A stretch of DNA of 64,000 nucleotides from an uncultured Bacilli bacterium (GTDB lineage Bacteria > Bacillota_I > Bacilli_A > RF39 > UBA660). Shown piece after piece: positions 19,157 to 28,128 of the stretch. A program made the translations under genes and the position numbers. Position 1 is the first letter of the stretch, and the number at the start of each line of letters is the position of its first letter. The notes below the pieces were generated by a model, which worked only from the letters and a program-made list of their open reading frames with translations, did no database searches and was not told where the DNA came from. The stretch covers positions 8,117 through 72,116 of the forward strand of contig CAKOIQ010000004.1 in assembly GCA_934086935.1 (NCBI GenBank), given 5' to 3'.

Positions 19157-19670
19157 ATTTAAAAAACTTTTTATTTTCACATTATTTTCAAATAACTTTT
19201 ATATCCTTATTACAGGAGTTAGGAATAATATCCAGTTAATAGTAAATATATAACATCTACTTATAAATTAACCCTACTACTCAGTAACTATTAACACTCC
19301 TAATGACAACTTTAAAATATAATTCACTCCAATATTTTAAAGATAAATTAGTATATTAATAATATTACTATTCATAATTACAAATTAAGAAAAAGAGAAA
19401 AAAGTATGGAATAGATTATTAAAATATACAAATAAAAAGGTATATTTAATTTACAGCACCTCCAAATATTAAACGTAATACCTTACTTCATGCTAAGTAA
19501 ATTATAAACATATTATACTGTTGAAATTAAATATAACTAACTTGTCATTAAAAGAAAGAAGGTGATAATAATAGATTTTATGGGTTATCTAATTTAATAA
19601 TTAATTAATATAACCAAACAAACATCAAAAAATAGATAACGATTTTAATAAAATCTTTAAGATAAAAACA

Positions 19671-19691
19671 AAGGACTAAATTTTAGTCCTT
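19671..19691. terminator. Hairpin terminator downstream of lemA (T-rich tracts on both strands)
   Basis: aaggact / agtcctt stem directly after the lemA stop, with tgttttt following on the minus strand. Confidence 0.6.
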
Positions 19692-19692
19692 T

Positions 19693-20241
19693 TTATAATT
19701 TAAAATCATTAATATCATCATCAAACATATCCTTGCCATCAAAGAAAGTTTGTACTTTAATATGATGAATAAAAGCAATAATATTTGATGGAAATTTTTT
19801 AATTGTTTTATTTAATAAGTTTGTATATTTATTATAAAAACTCTTTGTTGCTTCTAGCTTTTCATTACATTCATATATTTCATTATAATAATTGTTAAAT
19901 CTTACATCGCCACTTAAATTTTCATAATCAGACTTAATTTTATCAATTAAATTATTAATTTCCGTAAGTTTCCTTTCAAAATCAAAACTAGAGATATTCA
20001 TTGTTTTAACTTTTTTAAGTTCATCAAAAACTTTTGCATCAACTTCTGTTTCTTCGACAATAACATCCTTAATTAATAATAAATTATCATATTTTTTTCT
20101 TAACAGATCATCTATAATACTTTCAGCCTCATTTATCTTAATTTTATAAGCTTGTAAATTATTATAATTAACAATATATATAATTGTAACTACTCCTACC
20201 AATATTACAATTGTAAGAAGTATAGTCATAATACTATCCAT
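19693..20241 (-). CDS. lemA: LemA-family membrane protein
   Basis: N-terminal TM then YNNLQ..K..INEAES.ID..L...YDNL, C-terminal YNK..N.LNKTIKKFPSNIIA. Confidence 0.8.
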   Translation of the reverse strand: MDSIMTILLTIVILVGVVTIIYIVNYNNLQAYKIKINEAESIIDDLLRKKYDNLLLIKDVIVEETEVDAKVFDELKKVKTMNISSFDFERKLTEINNLIDKIKSDYENLSGDVRFNNYYNEIYECNEKLEATKSFYNKYTNLLNKTIKKFPSNIIAFIHHIKVQTFFDGKDMFDDDINDFKL

Positions 20242-20322
20242 ACTTTCACCTTAAATAATTATATCATAATATAGTCTAAAAAAATACCAGTAATTTATGG
20301 TATACTTGCTAAGGTGATCAAT

Positions 20323-20838
20323 ATGAATATAAAAACAATACCAGTCGGAATATTACAAACTAACTGCTATATATTAACTAAGAATAATCAAACTCTAATA
20401 ATAGATCCCGGCGATGAACCCGAAAAACTCAAAAATGAAATTAACACAAAAGTAATAGGAATTTTAGTAACCCATTATCACTTTGACCATGTAGGAGCCT
20501 TAGATCAAATAAAAGAAATATATCATTGCCCAGTTTATGACATATCTAATTTATATGAAGGTATAAATCACATTGGACCATTTAAATTTAAAGTTATTAA
20601 AACTCCCGGACATACAAGCGATTTGGTAAGTTATTTATTTGAAAACAATCTATTTTGTGGAGATTTTATTTTTAAAGGAAGCATTGGAAGATGTGATTTA
20701 CCATCTGGAAATTTTCAAGAAATGCAAAAAAGTATAGCTCAAATAATAAAATATGACCAAGACATAATAATATATCCTGGTCATGGTTCTAAAACAACAT
20801 TAAAAGAAGAAATAAACAATCTAATAAGTTATCTCTGA
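20323..20838 (+). CDS. Metallo-beta-lactamase-fold hydrolase (glyoxalase II-like)
   Basis: VTHYHFDHVGAL (HxHxDH), TPGHTSD, GDFIFKGSIGRCD, YPGHG. ATG 20323 preferred over GTG 20314. Confidence 0.8.
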   Translation: MNIKTIPVGILQTNCYILTKNNQTLIIDPGDEPEKLKNEINTKVIGILVTHYHFDHVGALDQIKEIYHCPVYDISNLYEGINHIGPFKFKVIKTPGHTSDLVSYLFENNLFCGDFIFKGSIGRCDLPSGNFQEMQKSIAQIIKYDQDIIIYPGHGSKTTLKEEINNLISYL

Positions 20839-21159
20839 ATAAGAATGATTGTAAACAATCTTTTCATCAAATTCAACAAAATTAAGATAGATTAGTAAAA
20901 TTAGTTGCCATTTACCAGTCTTAGGATCACTCATAACTAAATGATCTTTACCAGCTTCTTCAATAATGCCTTCAAATATTTTATCTCTCCAAGTGTTAGA
21001 ATCTGGAAAAGAAAAATATGCCTTAGCTTTTTTTCCTTTATTTAATCTTAAAATATTTTCAATATAACTTTGTTCATTATCAACATCATTACCAATAGGA
21101 GCATTATTTAAATTCATATCTCCTTGATAATTAGCGTTTGGATAATAAGCACCATTCAT
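20821..21159 (-). CDS. gerQ: Spore coat protein GerQ-like
   Basis: QSYIENILRLNKGKKAKAYFSF...FEGIIEEAGKDHLVMSDPKTGKWQLILLIYLNFVEFDE matches my recollection of the GerQ/YwdL core. The track GTG start lies inside the RBS AGGTGA, so ATG 21159 is preferred. Confidence 0.6.
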   Translation of the reverse strand: MNGAYYPNANYQGDMNLNNAPIGNDVDNEQSYIENILRLNKGKKAKAYFSFPDSNTWRDKIFEGIIEEAGKDHLVMSDPKTGKWQLILLIYLNFVEFDEKIVYNHSYSEITY

Positions 21160-21207
21160 TAAAATCACCTCTATATAAATTATGTAAATTAAAATAAAAT
21201 ATTCTAT

Positions 21208-21236
21208 TTGACAAATTATATTTTTTATAGTATTAT
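21208..21236 (+). promoter_or_regulatory. Sigma-A-type promoter of the lysS leader
   Basis: TTGACA (21208-13), 17-nt spacer, TATTAT (21231-36). Confidence 0.6.
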
Positions 21237-21242
21237 CTAGGC

Positions 21243-21445
21243 ATAAATCAAAGAAGAGGACGAGTAATATTGTGTCTTACTTATAGAGAGTTAACGGTTG
21301 GTGTAAGTTAATAGTAAAGTAATATGAATAAAAACCTTGGAGTGAGTTATCCGGTAAATTACCGTTATCAGTTAAGAGAATCAGTTAATGATTGAAGAAG
21401 GGTGGTACCACGATTATTCGTCCCTTTAATCATTAACTTTTTTTA
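21243..21445 (+). promoter_or_regulatory. T-box leader (Lys specifier) upstream of lysS
   Basis: AGAGAG/GGTGTAA Stem I elements, AGTA...GAAT-AAA-A specifier context (AAA 21330-32), T-box motif AAGGGTGGTACCACG (21398-21412), CGTCCCTT, then gttaatgatt/aatcattaac helix plus T7 (21384-21444). Confidence 0.75.
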
Positions 21446-21465
21446 TTTTAGAAAGAAGGAATATT

Positions 21466-22950
21466 ATGAGAGAATTTACTGATCAAGAATTAATTAGAAG
21501 AGAAAAAGCTCAAAAAATTAGAGAACAAGGAATTGATCCATTCGGTCATCGTTTTGAAAGAACCGCTTTAGCAGCAGAAATCAAAGAAAAATATCAAGAT
21601 GTAGAACACGATGCATTTGAAAACATTAATGATGTCTATACAGTAGCAGGAAGAATTATGTTTATTCGTAAAATGGGTAAAGCATCATTCTTCAGTATTC
21701 AAGATAAAAGTGGAAAAATTCAAATTTATATTTCTATTAATGATGTTGGAGAAGAAACATATACATTATTTAAGACCGCTGACATTGGTGATATCGTTGG
21801 TGTAACTGGTAAAGTTATGAAAACACAAACTGGTGAAATTACTTTAAAATGTCAAGAATATACTCATTTAGTAAAAGCCTTAAGACCTTTACCTGAAAAG
21901 TTCCACGGTTTAACCGATATTGAAGAAAGATATCGCCGTAGATATGTTGACTTAATCATGAATGAAGATTCTAAAAAGGTAGCTTTTACTAGACCTAAAA
22001 TTATTAGATGTATACAAAACTTTATGGATAATCGTGGATATACTGAAGTTGAAACACCTATTTTAAATACCCTTTTAACCGGAGCATCTGCTAGACCATT
22101 CATAACCCATCATAATACTCAAGATATGGATATGTATCTTAGAATAGCCTTAGAATTACCTTTAAAAAGACTATTAGTTGGTGGTATGGAATCAGTTTAT
22201 GAAATTGGCAGAACCTTTAGAAATGAAGGAATGGATCCAATGCATAATCCAGAATTTACCTTAATGGAAGCATATCAAGCATATTCAAATCTAGAAGGCA
22301 TGATGGAAATGACAGAAAATATGTTTAAAACCATTGCTAAAGAAGTATTTGGAAAATATACATATAACTGGAATGAAAATGAAATTGATTTAGAAGGTCC
22401 ATGGAAGAAAATTAGTATGGTAGATGCTATCAAAGAAAAAACTGGAATTGATTTTCAAAAAGAAATGACAGTAGAGGAAGCTTTAGAATTAGCTAAAGAA
22501 CATAATATTGAAGTTGAAGAACATCAAAAGAATGTTGGACATATTATCAATTTATTTTTTGAAAAATACGTAGAAGAAACCTTAATTCAACCAACATTCT
22601 TATATGGTCATCCAGTTGAAATATCTCCATTAACTAAAAGAAATCCAGAAGATCCTAGATTTGTAGATCGTTTTGAATTATTTATTGGAGGTAAAGAATT
22701 TGCTAATGCTTACACAGAATTAAATGATCCTATTGATCAATTAGAAAGATTTGAAGAACAATTAAAAGAAAAAGAATTAGGAAATGACGAAGCTAATGAT
22801 ATTGATATGGACTTTATTGAAGCATTAGAGTATGGAATGCCTCCAGCTGGTGGCATTGGATACGGAATTGACCGACTAGTTATGTTCTTTACTGAGTCAT
22901 CAAGCATCAGAGATGTAATATTATTTCCAACAATGAAGAAAAAAGCCTAA
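21466..22950 (+). CDS. lysS: Lysyl-tRNA synthetase, class II
   Basis: OB-fold N-terminus, class II motifs ([17 protein letters not shown]). Confidence 0.95.
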   Translation: MREFTDQELIRREKAQKIREQGIDPFGHRFERTALAAEIKEKYQDVEHDAFENINDVYTVAGRIMFIRKMGKASFFSIQDKSGKIQIYISINDVGEETYTLFKTADIGDIVGVTGKVMKTQTGEITLKCQEYTHLVKALRPLPEKFHGLTDIEERYRRRYVDLIMNEDSKKVAFTRPKIIRCIQNFMDNRGYTEVETPILNTLLTGASARPFITHHNTQDMDMYLRIALELPLKRLLVGGMESVYEIGRTFRNEGMDPMHNPEFTLMEAYQAYSNLEGMMEMTENMFKTIAKEVFGKYTYNWNENEIDLEGPWKKISMVDAIKEKTGIDFQKEMTVEEALELAKEHNIEVEEHQKNVGHIINLFFEKYVEETLIQPTFLYGHPVEISPLTKRNPEDPRFVDRFELFIGGKEFANAYTELNDPIDQLERFEEQLKEKELGNDEANDIDMDFIEALEYGMPPAGGIGYGIDRLVMFFTESSSIRDVILFPTMKKKA

Positions 22951-23035
22951 ATAAAGGCTTTTTTTAGTCGAAAAATGCAAAAAAACTTTTTTATTTTTAT
23001 TTATTAATGTTATAATGTAACTAGAGGAGGTTAAA

Positions 23036-24433
23036 ATGAAAAAATTTGCAGAAAAACATGATTTAGTTAAAATTGCAGGTATCATGGTACTAATTACTGT
23101 TCTATTAACATGGGTTATTCCCCAAGGATATTTCTCTGGTTCAGAATTAATTTCAAATGATATAACAAGAATTGGTATATTTGATTTTTTCACTTATGGA
23201 CTACTTGGAATGTATTATTTCACTGTATTAGTAACATTCTTATTTGTTCTTGGTGGTTTCTATCAAGTATTATCTAAAACCGGTGGATACCAAAAATTAA
23301 CTGCTAACATGGCAAAAACATTTAAAGGAAAGGAAATATTATTTACATTAGTAGTTTCATTCATCATTGCCGCAATTTCTGCTGTAACAAATGAATATAT
23401 TTTATTAATAGCAGCTGCTCCATTCTTTATTACAATAATGAAAAAAATGGGACTTGATAAAATAACTGCTTTCGTTACAACATTTGGTTCTATATTAGTA
23501 GGTGCTTTAGGTACTGTATATAGTACTAAGATTGTAGGCGCTAGTGTTCAATACTTATCAGTTGAATATAGCACATTATTATGGGCAAAATTATTAGTAT
23601 TTGGCCTAACATATGTAATTTTCAATGTTTTTACAGTATTACATATCGTTAAACATAAACCTACAAAAGATGAAGAAATAGTAGACATGTTTGAAGAAAC
23701 TGATGTTACTAAAAAAGACAAAGTATGGCCACTAGTTGTTATTTTGATATTAGCAGCCATTGTTGCTATCATGGCATATTTACCATGGGAAGAAGTATTT
23801 GGTGTAACATGGTTTAAAACAGCTAAAGAAGTTATTCTAAAATATGAAGTATTTGATTCACCAATCTTTGGTTATATTTTAGGAAATGTAAAAGAATTTG
23901 GATCATGGGATATTTTTGGAATTCAAATTATAATGTTAATTGCAACATTATTAGTAAAATGGATTTACAAAATTAATATGAACGATTTTCTTACTGAATT
24001 CGGTGAAGGATTTAAAAAAGTAGGAAAAATGGTTATCTTACTATTACTTACTTATTTAATATTAGAATTTACCGCTATGTTCCCAGTAATTCCAACAATT
24101 GTAGATTGGATTATATCATTAAGTAGTAAATTTAATGTATTATTAACTACAGTTTCTGGTTTATTAACATCAGCATTTACAGTAGAATATTCATACACAG
24201 TTAATTTAATTGGAACATTCTTAATAACTAAATTTGCTGATTTTACAGACCAAATAGCATTAATTTTACAATTAACATATGGTTATGTAGGCTTTTTCAT
24301 TCCATCTTCAGCTATCCTTTTAATGGGATTATCATACTTAGGAATCTCTTATAAAGAATGGATGAAATATATTTGGAAATTCTTACTTATCATGTTAGCT
24401 TTAATTATAATATTATTAGTAATTATTTGTTAA
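23036..24433 (+). CDS. YfcC/DcuC-like polytopic membrane transporter
   Basis: N-terminus ...IMVLITVLLTWVIPQGYF typical of the YfcC family, with about 12 TM segments. Confidence 0.55.
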   Translation: MKKFAEKHDLVKIAGIMVLITVLLTWVIPQGYFSGSELISNDITRIGIFDFFTYGLLGMYYFTVLVTFLFVLGGFYQVLSKTGGYQKLTANMAKTFKGKEILFTLVVSFIIAAISAVTNEYILLIAAAPFFITIMKKMGLDKITAFVTTFGSILVGALGTVYSTKIVGASVQYLSVEYSTLLWAKLLVFGLTYVIFNVFTVLHIVKHKPTKDEEIVDMFEETDVTKKDKVWPLVVILILAAIVAIMAYLPWEEVFGVTWFKTAKEVILKYEVFDSPIFGYILGNVKEFGSWDIFGIQIIMLIATLLVKWIYKINMNDFLTEFGEGFKKVGKMVILLLLTYLILEFTAMFPVIPTIVDWIISLSSKFNVLLTTVSGLLTSAFTVEYSYTVNLIGTFLITKFADFTDQIALILQLTYGYVGFFIPSSAILLMGLSYLGISYKEWMKYIWKFLLIMLALIIILLVIIC

Positions 24434-24436
24434 CTT

Positions 24437-24466
24437 AAAAGACACAATATAAAGTGTCTTTTTTTA
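24437..24466 (+). terminator. Intrinsic terminator
   Basis: aaaagacac / gtgtctttt perfect 9-bp stem plus T-run. Confidence 0.8.
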
Positions 24467-24486
24467 AGCTTAATTACTTATATTAA

Positions 24487-24515
24487 TTGACTTAACTTAT
24501 AATAAATGATACAAT
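24487..24515 (+). promoter_or_regulatory. Sigma-A-type promoter of the pheST leader
   Basis: TTGACT (24487-92), 17-nt spacer, TG-a-TACAAT (24507-15). Confidence 0.6.
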
Positions 24516-24519
24516 CAAA

Positions 24520-24731
24520 ACTGTAATGCGAAGATTATATCTAAGTAGTTATATACCAATTTTAAGAGAGTAAATATTATTAGCTGAAAGTATTTATAAA
24601 TTAAAGTATATAATGAATTTCAATATAGGAGCATTAATCGCAGATGAGCGTTATTCAAATAAGTGCATGAAATTCATGAATTAAGGTGGTACCACGGCCA
24701 TAAGTCGTCCTTTAGTTTATGAATTTTTTTT
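24520..24731 (+). promoter_or_regulatory. T-box leader (Phe specifier UUC) upstream of pheST
   Basis: AGAGAG, AGTA...GAAT-TTC-A (TTC 24619-21), T-box AAGGTGGTACCACG (24683-96), CGTCCTTT, then aaattcatgaatta/tagtttatgaattt helix plus T8. Confidence 0.8.
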
Positions 24732-24743
24732 AATGGAGGTAAA

Positions 24744-25754
24744 ATGAAAGAACAATTAAAAGAATTAGTAGAAAAAGCTAAATCAGATGCGAATTTAATA
24801 AAAAACGAAAATGACTTTTTAAATATTAAGTCAAAATATTTAGGAAAGAAAAGTGAATTAACAAAATACATGTCTGAAATTAAAGACATGTCTGTAGAAG
24901 ACAAAAAGGAATATGGTCCATTATTTAATAAGATCAAAAAAGACTTTGAAGAATTATTTGCAATTAAATTAGAAGAAGCATCAAATCGTAAAGAAGTATT
25001 AACATTTGACCCAACAATACCTTGTAAATGCAAACACGGTTCATTACATCCTGTAACTCTTGTTGGTAGAGAAGTAACAAATATTTTAAAAAATATGGGA
25101 TTCATGGTATTATCTGGACCTGAAATGGAAACTGAATACTATAACTTTGAAGCCTTAAATGTTCCTAAAACTCATCCAGCACGTGATATGCAAGATACTT
25201 ATTGGTTAGATAATGGTATGCTTTTACGTACTCAAACAAGCGCTCTTCAAGTAAGAGGAATGCAAAAACATGGTGCACCAATCAAATTATGTGCTCCGGG
25301 AAGATGCTTCCGTAATGAAGATTTAGATGCATGCCATGAAAATACATTTTTCCAATTAGAAGGTATGGTAATTGATGAAAACATTTCAATCAGTAATCTT
25401 ATTTATACTATGGAAGGTATTTTAAAGGAAGTATTTCATAAAGATATTAAAGTTAGATTAAGACCTGGTTATTTTCCATTTACTGAACCGGGCTTTGAAT
25501 TAGATTGTTCATGTACAATTTGTGATGGAAAAGGCTGTCCAACATGTAAAAACTCTGGTTGGTTAGAACTATGCCCTTGTGGTATGATACATCCTAATGT
25601 TTTAGAGGAAAGCGGCATAGACAGTACTAAATACAGTGGCTTTGCTTTCGGTATTGGTTTAACAAGATTAGCCATGATGAAATATAAAATTAATGATATA
25701 AGAGTTCTTAATTCAGGAGATTTGAGATACTTAGAAAGCTTTAATGTAAGGTAG
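24744..25754 (+). CDS. pheS: Phenylalanyl-tRNA synthetase alpha subunit
   Basis: HPARDMQDT, GRCFRNE, FGIGLTRLAM. Confidence 0.95.
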   Translation: MKEQLKELVEKAKSDANLIKNENDFLNIKSKYLGKKSELTKYMSEIKDMSVEDKKEYGPLFNKIKKDFEELFAIKLEEASNRKEVLTFDPTIPCKCKHGSLHPVTLVGREVTNILKNMGFMVLSGPEMETEYYNFEALNVPKTHPARDMQDTYWLDNGMLLRTQTSALQVRGMQKHGAPIKLCAPGRCFRNEDLDACHENTFFQLEGMVIDENISISNLIYTMEGILKEVFHKDIKVRLRPGYFPFTEPGFELDCSCTICDGKGCPTCKNSGWLELCPCGMIHPNVLEESGIDSTKYSGFAFGIGLTRLAMMKYKINDIRVLNSGDLRYLESFNVR

Positions 25755-25762
25755 GTGAAAAC

Positions 25763-28099
25763 ATGAAAATATCTTGTAATATACTAAAAAAACATATCGA
25801 AAAAAGTGAAGATATAGATTTTCTTTCAATATGGGATAAATTTACAATTAGAACCGCTGAAGTAGAAGGTGTAGAAGTTAAAGGTAATCAGTTTGACGGA
25901 GTAGTAACAGCTAAAATTATTGAATGCAATGATCATCCAGAATCAAAAAAATTACATATTTTAAAAGTTGATGTTGGTAATGAAATACTTCAAATAGTTT
26001 GTGGTGCTCCTAATGTAAAAGTTGGTTTAATAAGTGCTTGTGTAAAAATAGGTGGCCATATTGGTGACATTGAAATAAGCAAAAGATCTTTGGTTGGTGT
26101 TGATTCTTATGGAATGATGTGCAGTGGTAAGGAATTAGGAATAAGCGATGATCATTCAGGAATAATTGAATTACCAGATAGTACTCCCATTGGTGAAGAT
26201 TTTAAAAAGTTATTTCCAGTAGAAGATATAGTTGTTGAAATTGATAATAAAAGTTTAACTCATAGACCAGACTTATGGGGACACTATGGAATTGCCAGAG
26301 AAATTGCTGCAATTACAAATCATAAATTAAGACCTCTTGATTTAATAGAAAAACAAACAGATGGTGAAAAACTAAAAATTACTATAAATAATCCCGAATT
26401 ATGTTATCGTTATGTAGGAACTAAAATTAATAATATTACCAACAATGTAACACCAATTTGGCTGCAAATATTCTTATATTATGCTGGAATGAGAAGCATA
26501 GATCTAATCGTTGATTTAACTAACTATTTAATGCTTGAACTTGGACAACCTATGCATGCCTTTGATTCAAGAGTTGTAAAAGATATTGAAGTTGGACTTG
26601 CTGATGAAGGAACAACTTATATTACATTAGATGGCGTTGAAAGAAAATTAACTAACCAAGATTTAATGATCAAAAATGGCGGCAAATATTTTGCAATCGC
26701 TGGTGTTATGGGTGGATTAGATAGTGAAATTGTAGAAGACACAAATAGCATAGTTTTAGAATCGGCTTGTTTTGAAGCATCAACAGTTAGAAAAACCGCT
26801 ATAAGATTAGGTTTAAGAACCGAAGCGAGTGCTAGATATGAAAAAAGCTTAGATCCAAACATGGCAATAATTGCTACAAGAAGATTTATCAAATTATTAA
26901 AAGACGAAAATCCAAATGCTACTTTAGGAACAGCAATGACTGATGCATATCCAACTGTACAAGAGGAAAACCATATAACATTAGATAAAAACTATCTATA
27001 TAAATATATGGGCTTTGATATAGAAGATAAAACAGTAATTGATATTCTTGAATCCCTATCATTTAAAGTTGAAAATAAACCAAATTCATTTGAAATTATA
27101 GCACCAACATTTAGATCAACGAAAGATATAAGTATTGCCGCTGATGTAATAGAAGAAATATCACGTATCTATGGATATGAAAACTTTAATAAAGTTCCTT
27201 TAAAAATGGCAATGAATTTTGGTAATCCAGAAACAACTTATGATACAGAATATGAAGTAAAAAATTACTTAGCCACAAAATATAATTTAAGTGAAATTCA
27301 CACATATTTATGGAATAAATCATCATTCTTAAAGAAAATTAATGTTGAAGTAGATAATACAAAACTGTTAGGTAAAACAGAAGATAATATTTTAAGAAAC
27401 GATTTATCATTAAGTATGTTAGAAGCAGCAACAGTCAATATTAATAATTATGATGAATTCGGTATTTTTGAAATCGGAACAACCGTACATGGAGAAAATC
27501 AAGAAAGACATTTAAGCATTTTATTGTCAAAAAATAATAATAACATAAAAGAAGGTTACTATTTAGCTAAAGAAATAGTATACAACTTATTTAATCAACT
27601 AAAAAATGTGAATATTAAATTTATTAAAGATGAATGTGCAAATTATTATAATCCGGATTTAAATTTAGCTATTTTAGCTAACGACAGTTTAATTGGTCAT
27701 ATCAATGTCTTTAATCGTCGAATAAGTAATACAATTTCAAAGAAAAAGTCTTTTATTGTAATAGATTTAAATTTTGAAAAATATGAAAATGTTGAACCAA
27801 TAACTTATCTATACAAGGATGTAAGTAAATATCCGAGTTCATATTTAGATTACACAATCATCACTAAACGAGGAACATTCTATCAAGATTTAGATAACAC
27901 ATTAAATAAATTTACCAGTCCAATTATCATAAATAGAGAATTAATGGATATTTATCTTGATACTGATATAAAAAAGGTTACAATTCGTTACACAGTTGGT
28001 TCAAACGAAAAAACTTTAACATCAGAAGAGTTATTAGACTTCCAAACAAAATTTATTTTATTTATTAAAAATGAAAATTTAGAAATTATTGAAAACTAA
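25763..28099 (+). CDS. pheT: Phenylalanyl-tRNA synthetase beta subunit
   Basis: tRNA-binding domain (VVTAKIIECNDHPESKKLHILKVDVG), B3/4, B5 and FDX-ACB order; directly follows pheS. Confidence 0.95.
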   Translation: MKISCNILKKHIEKSEDIDFLSIWDKFTIRTAEVEGVEVKGNQFDGVVTAKIIECNDHPESKKLHILKVDVGNEILQIVCGAPNVKVGLISACVKIGGHIGDIEISKRSLVGVDSYGMMCSGKELGISDDHSGIIELPDSTPIGEDFKKLFPVEDIVVEIDNKSLTHRPDLWGHYGIAREIAAITNHKLRPLDLIEKQTDGEKLKITINNPELCYRYVGTKINNITNNVTPIWLQIFLYYAGMRSIDLIVDLTNYLMLELGQPMHAFDSRVVKDIEVGLADEGTTYITLDGVERKLTNQDLMIKNGGKYFAIAGVMGGLDSEIVEDTNSIVLESACFEASTVRKTAIRLGLRTEASARYEKSLDPNMAIIATRRFIKLLKDENPNATLGTAMTDAYPTVQEENHITLDKNYLYKYMGFDIEDKTVIDILESLSFKVENKPNSFEIIAPTFRSTKDISIAADVIEEISRIYGYENFNKVPLKMAMNFGNPETTYDTEYEVKNYLATKYNLSEIHTYLWNKSSFLKKINVEVDNTKLLGKTEDNILRNDLSLSMLEAATVNINNYDEFGIFEIGTTVHGENQERHLSILLSKNNNNIKEGYYLAKEIVYNLFNQLKNVNIKFIKDECANYYNPDLNLAILANDSLIGHINVFNRRISNTISKKKSFIVIDLNFEKYENVEPITYLYKDVSKYPSSYLDYTIITKRGTFYQDLDNTLNKFTSPIIINRELMDIYLDTDIKKVTIRYTVGSNEKTLTSEELLDFQTKFILFIKNENLEIIEN

Positions 28100-28101
28100 A
28101 A

Positions 28102-28128
28102 AAGAACATTTATTCATGTTCTTTTTTT
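28102..28128. terminator. Bidirectional terminator between convergent pheT and the RNB gene
   Basis: aagaacat / atgttctt stem, T7 on + and an A-run (T-run on the minus strand) on the other side. The hairpin overlaps the last codons of the minus-strand CDS. Confidence 0.7.

Noticed and set aside
19157-19670. Calling the ORF-free interval a pseudogene of the TPM-domain partner that usually follows lemA.
   Set aside because: I could not recover any recognisable translated remnant by eye on either strand. It is kept only as a hypothesis in the findings and is not annotated as a feature.
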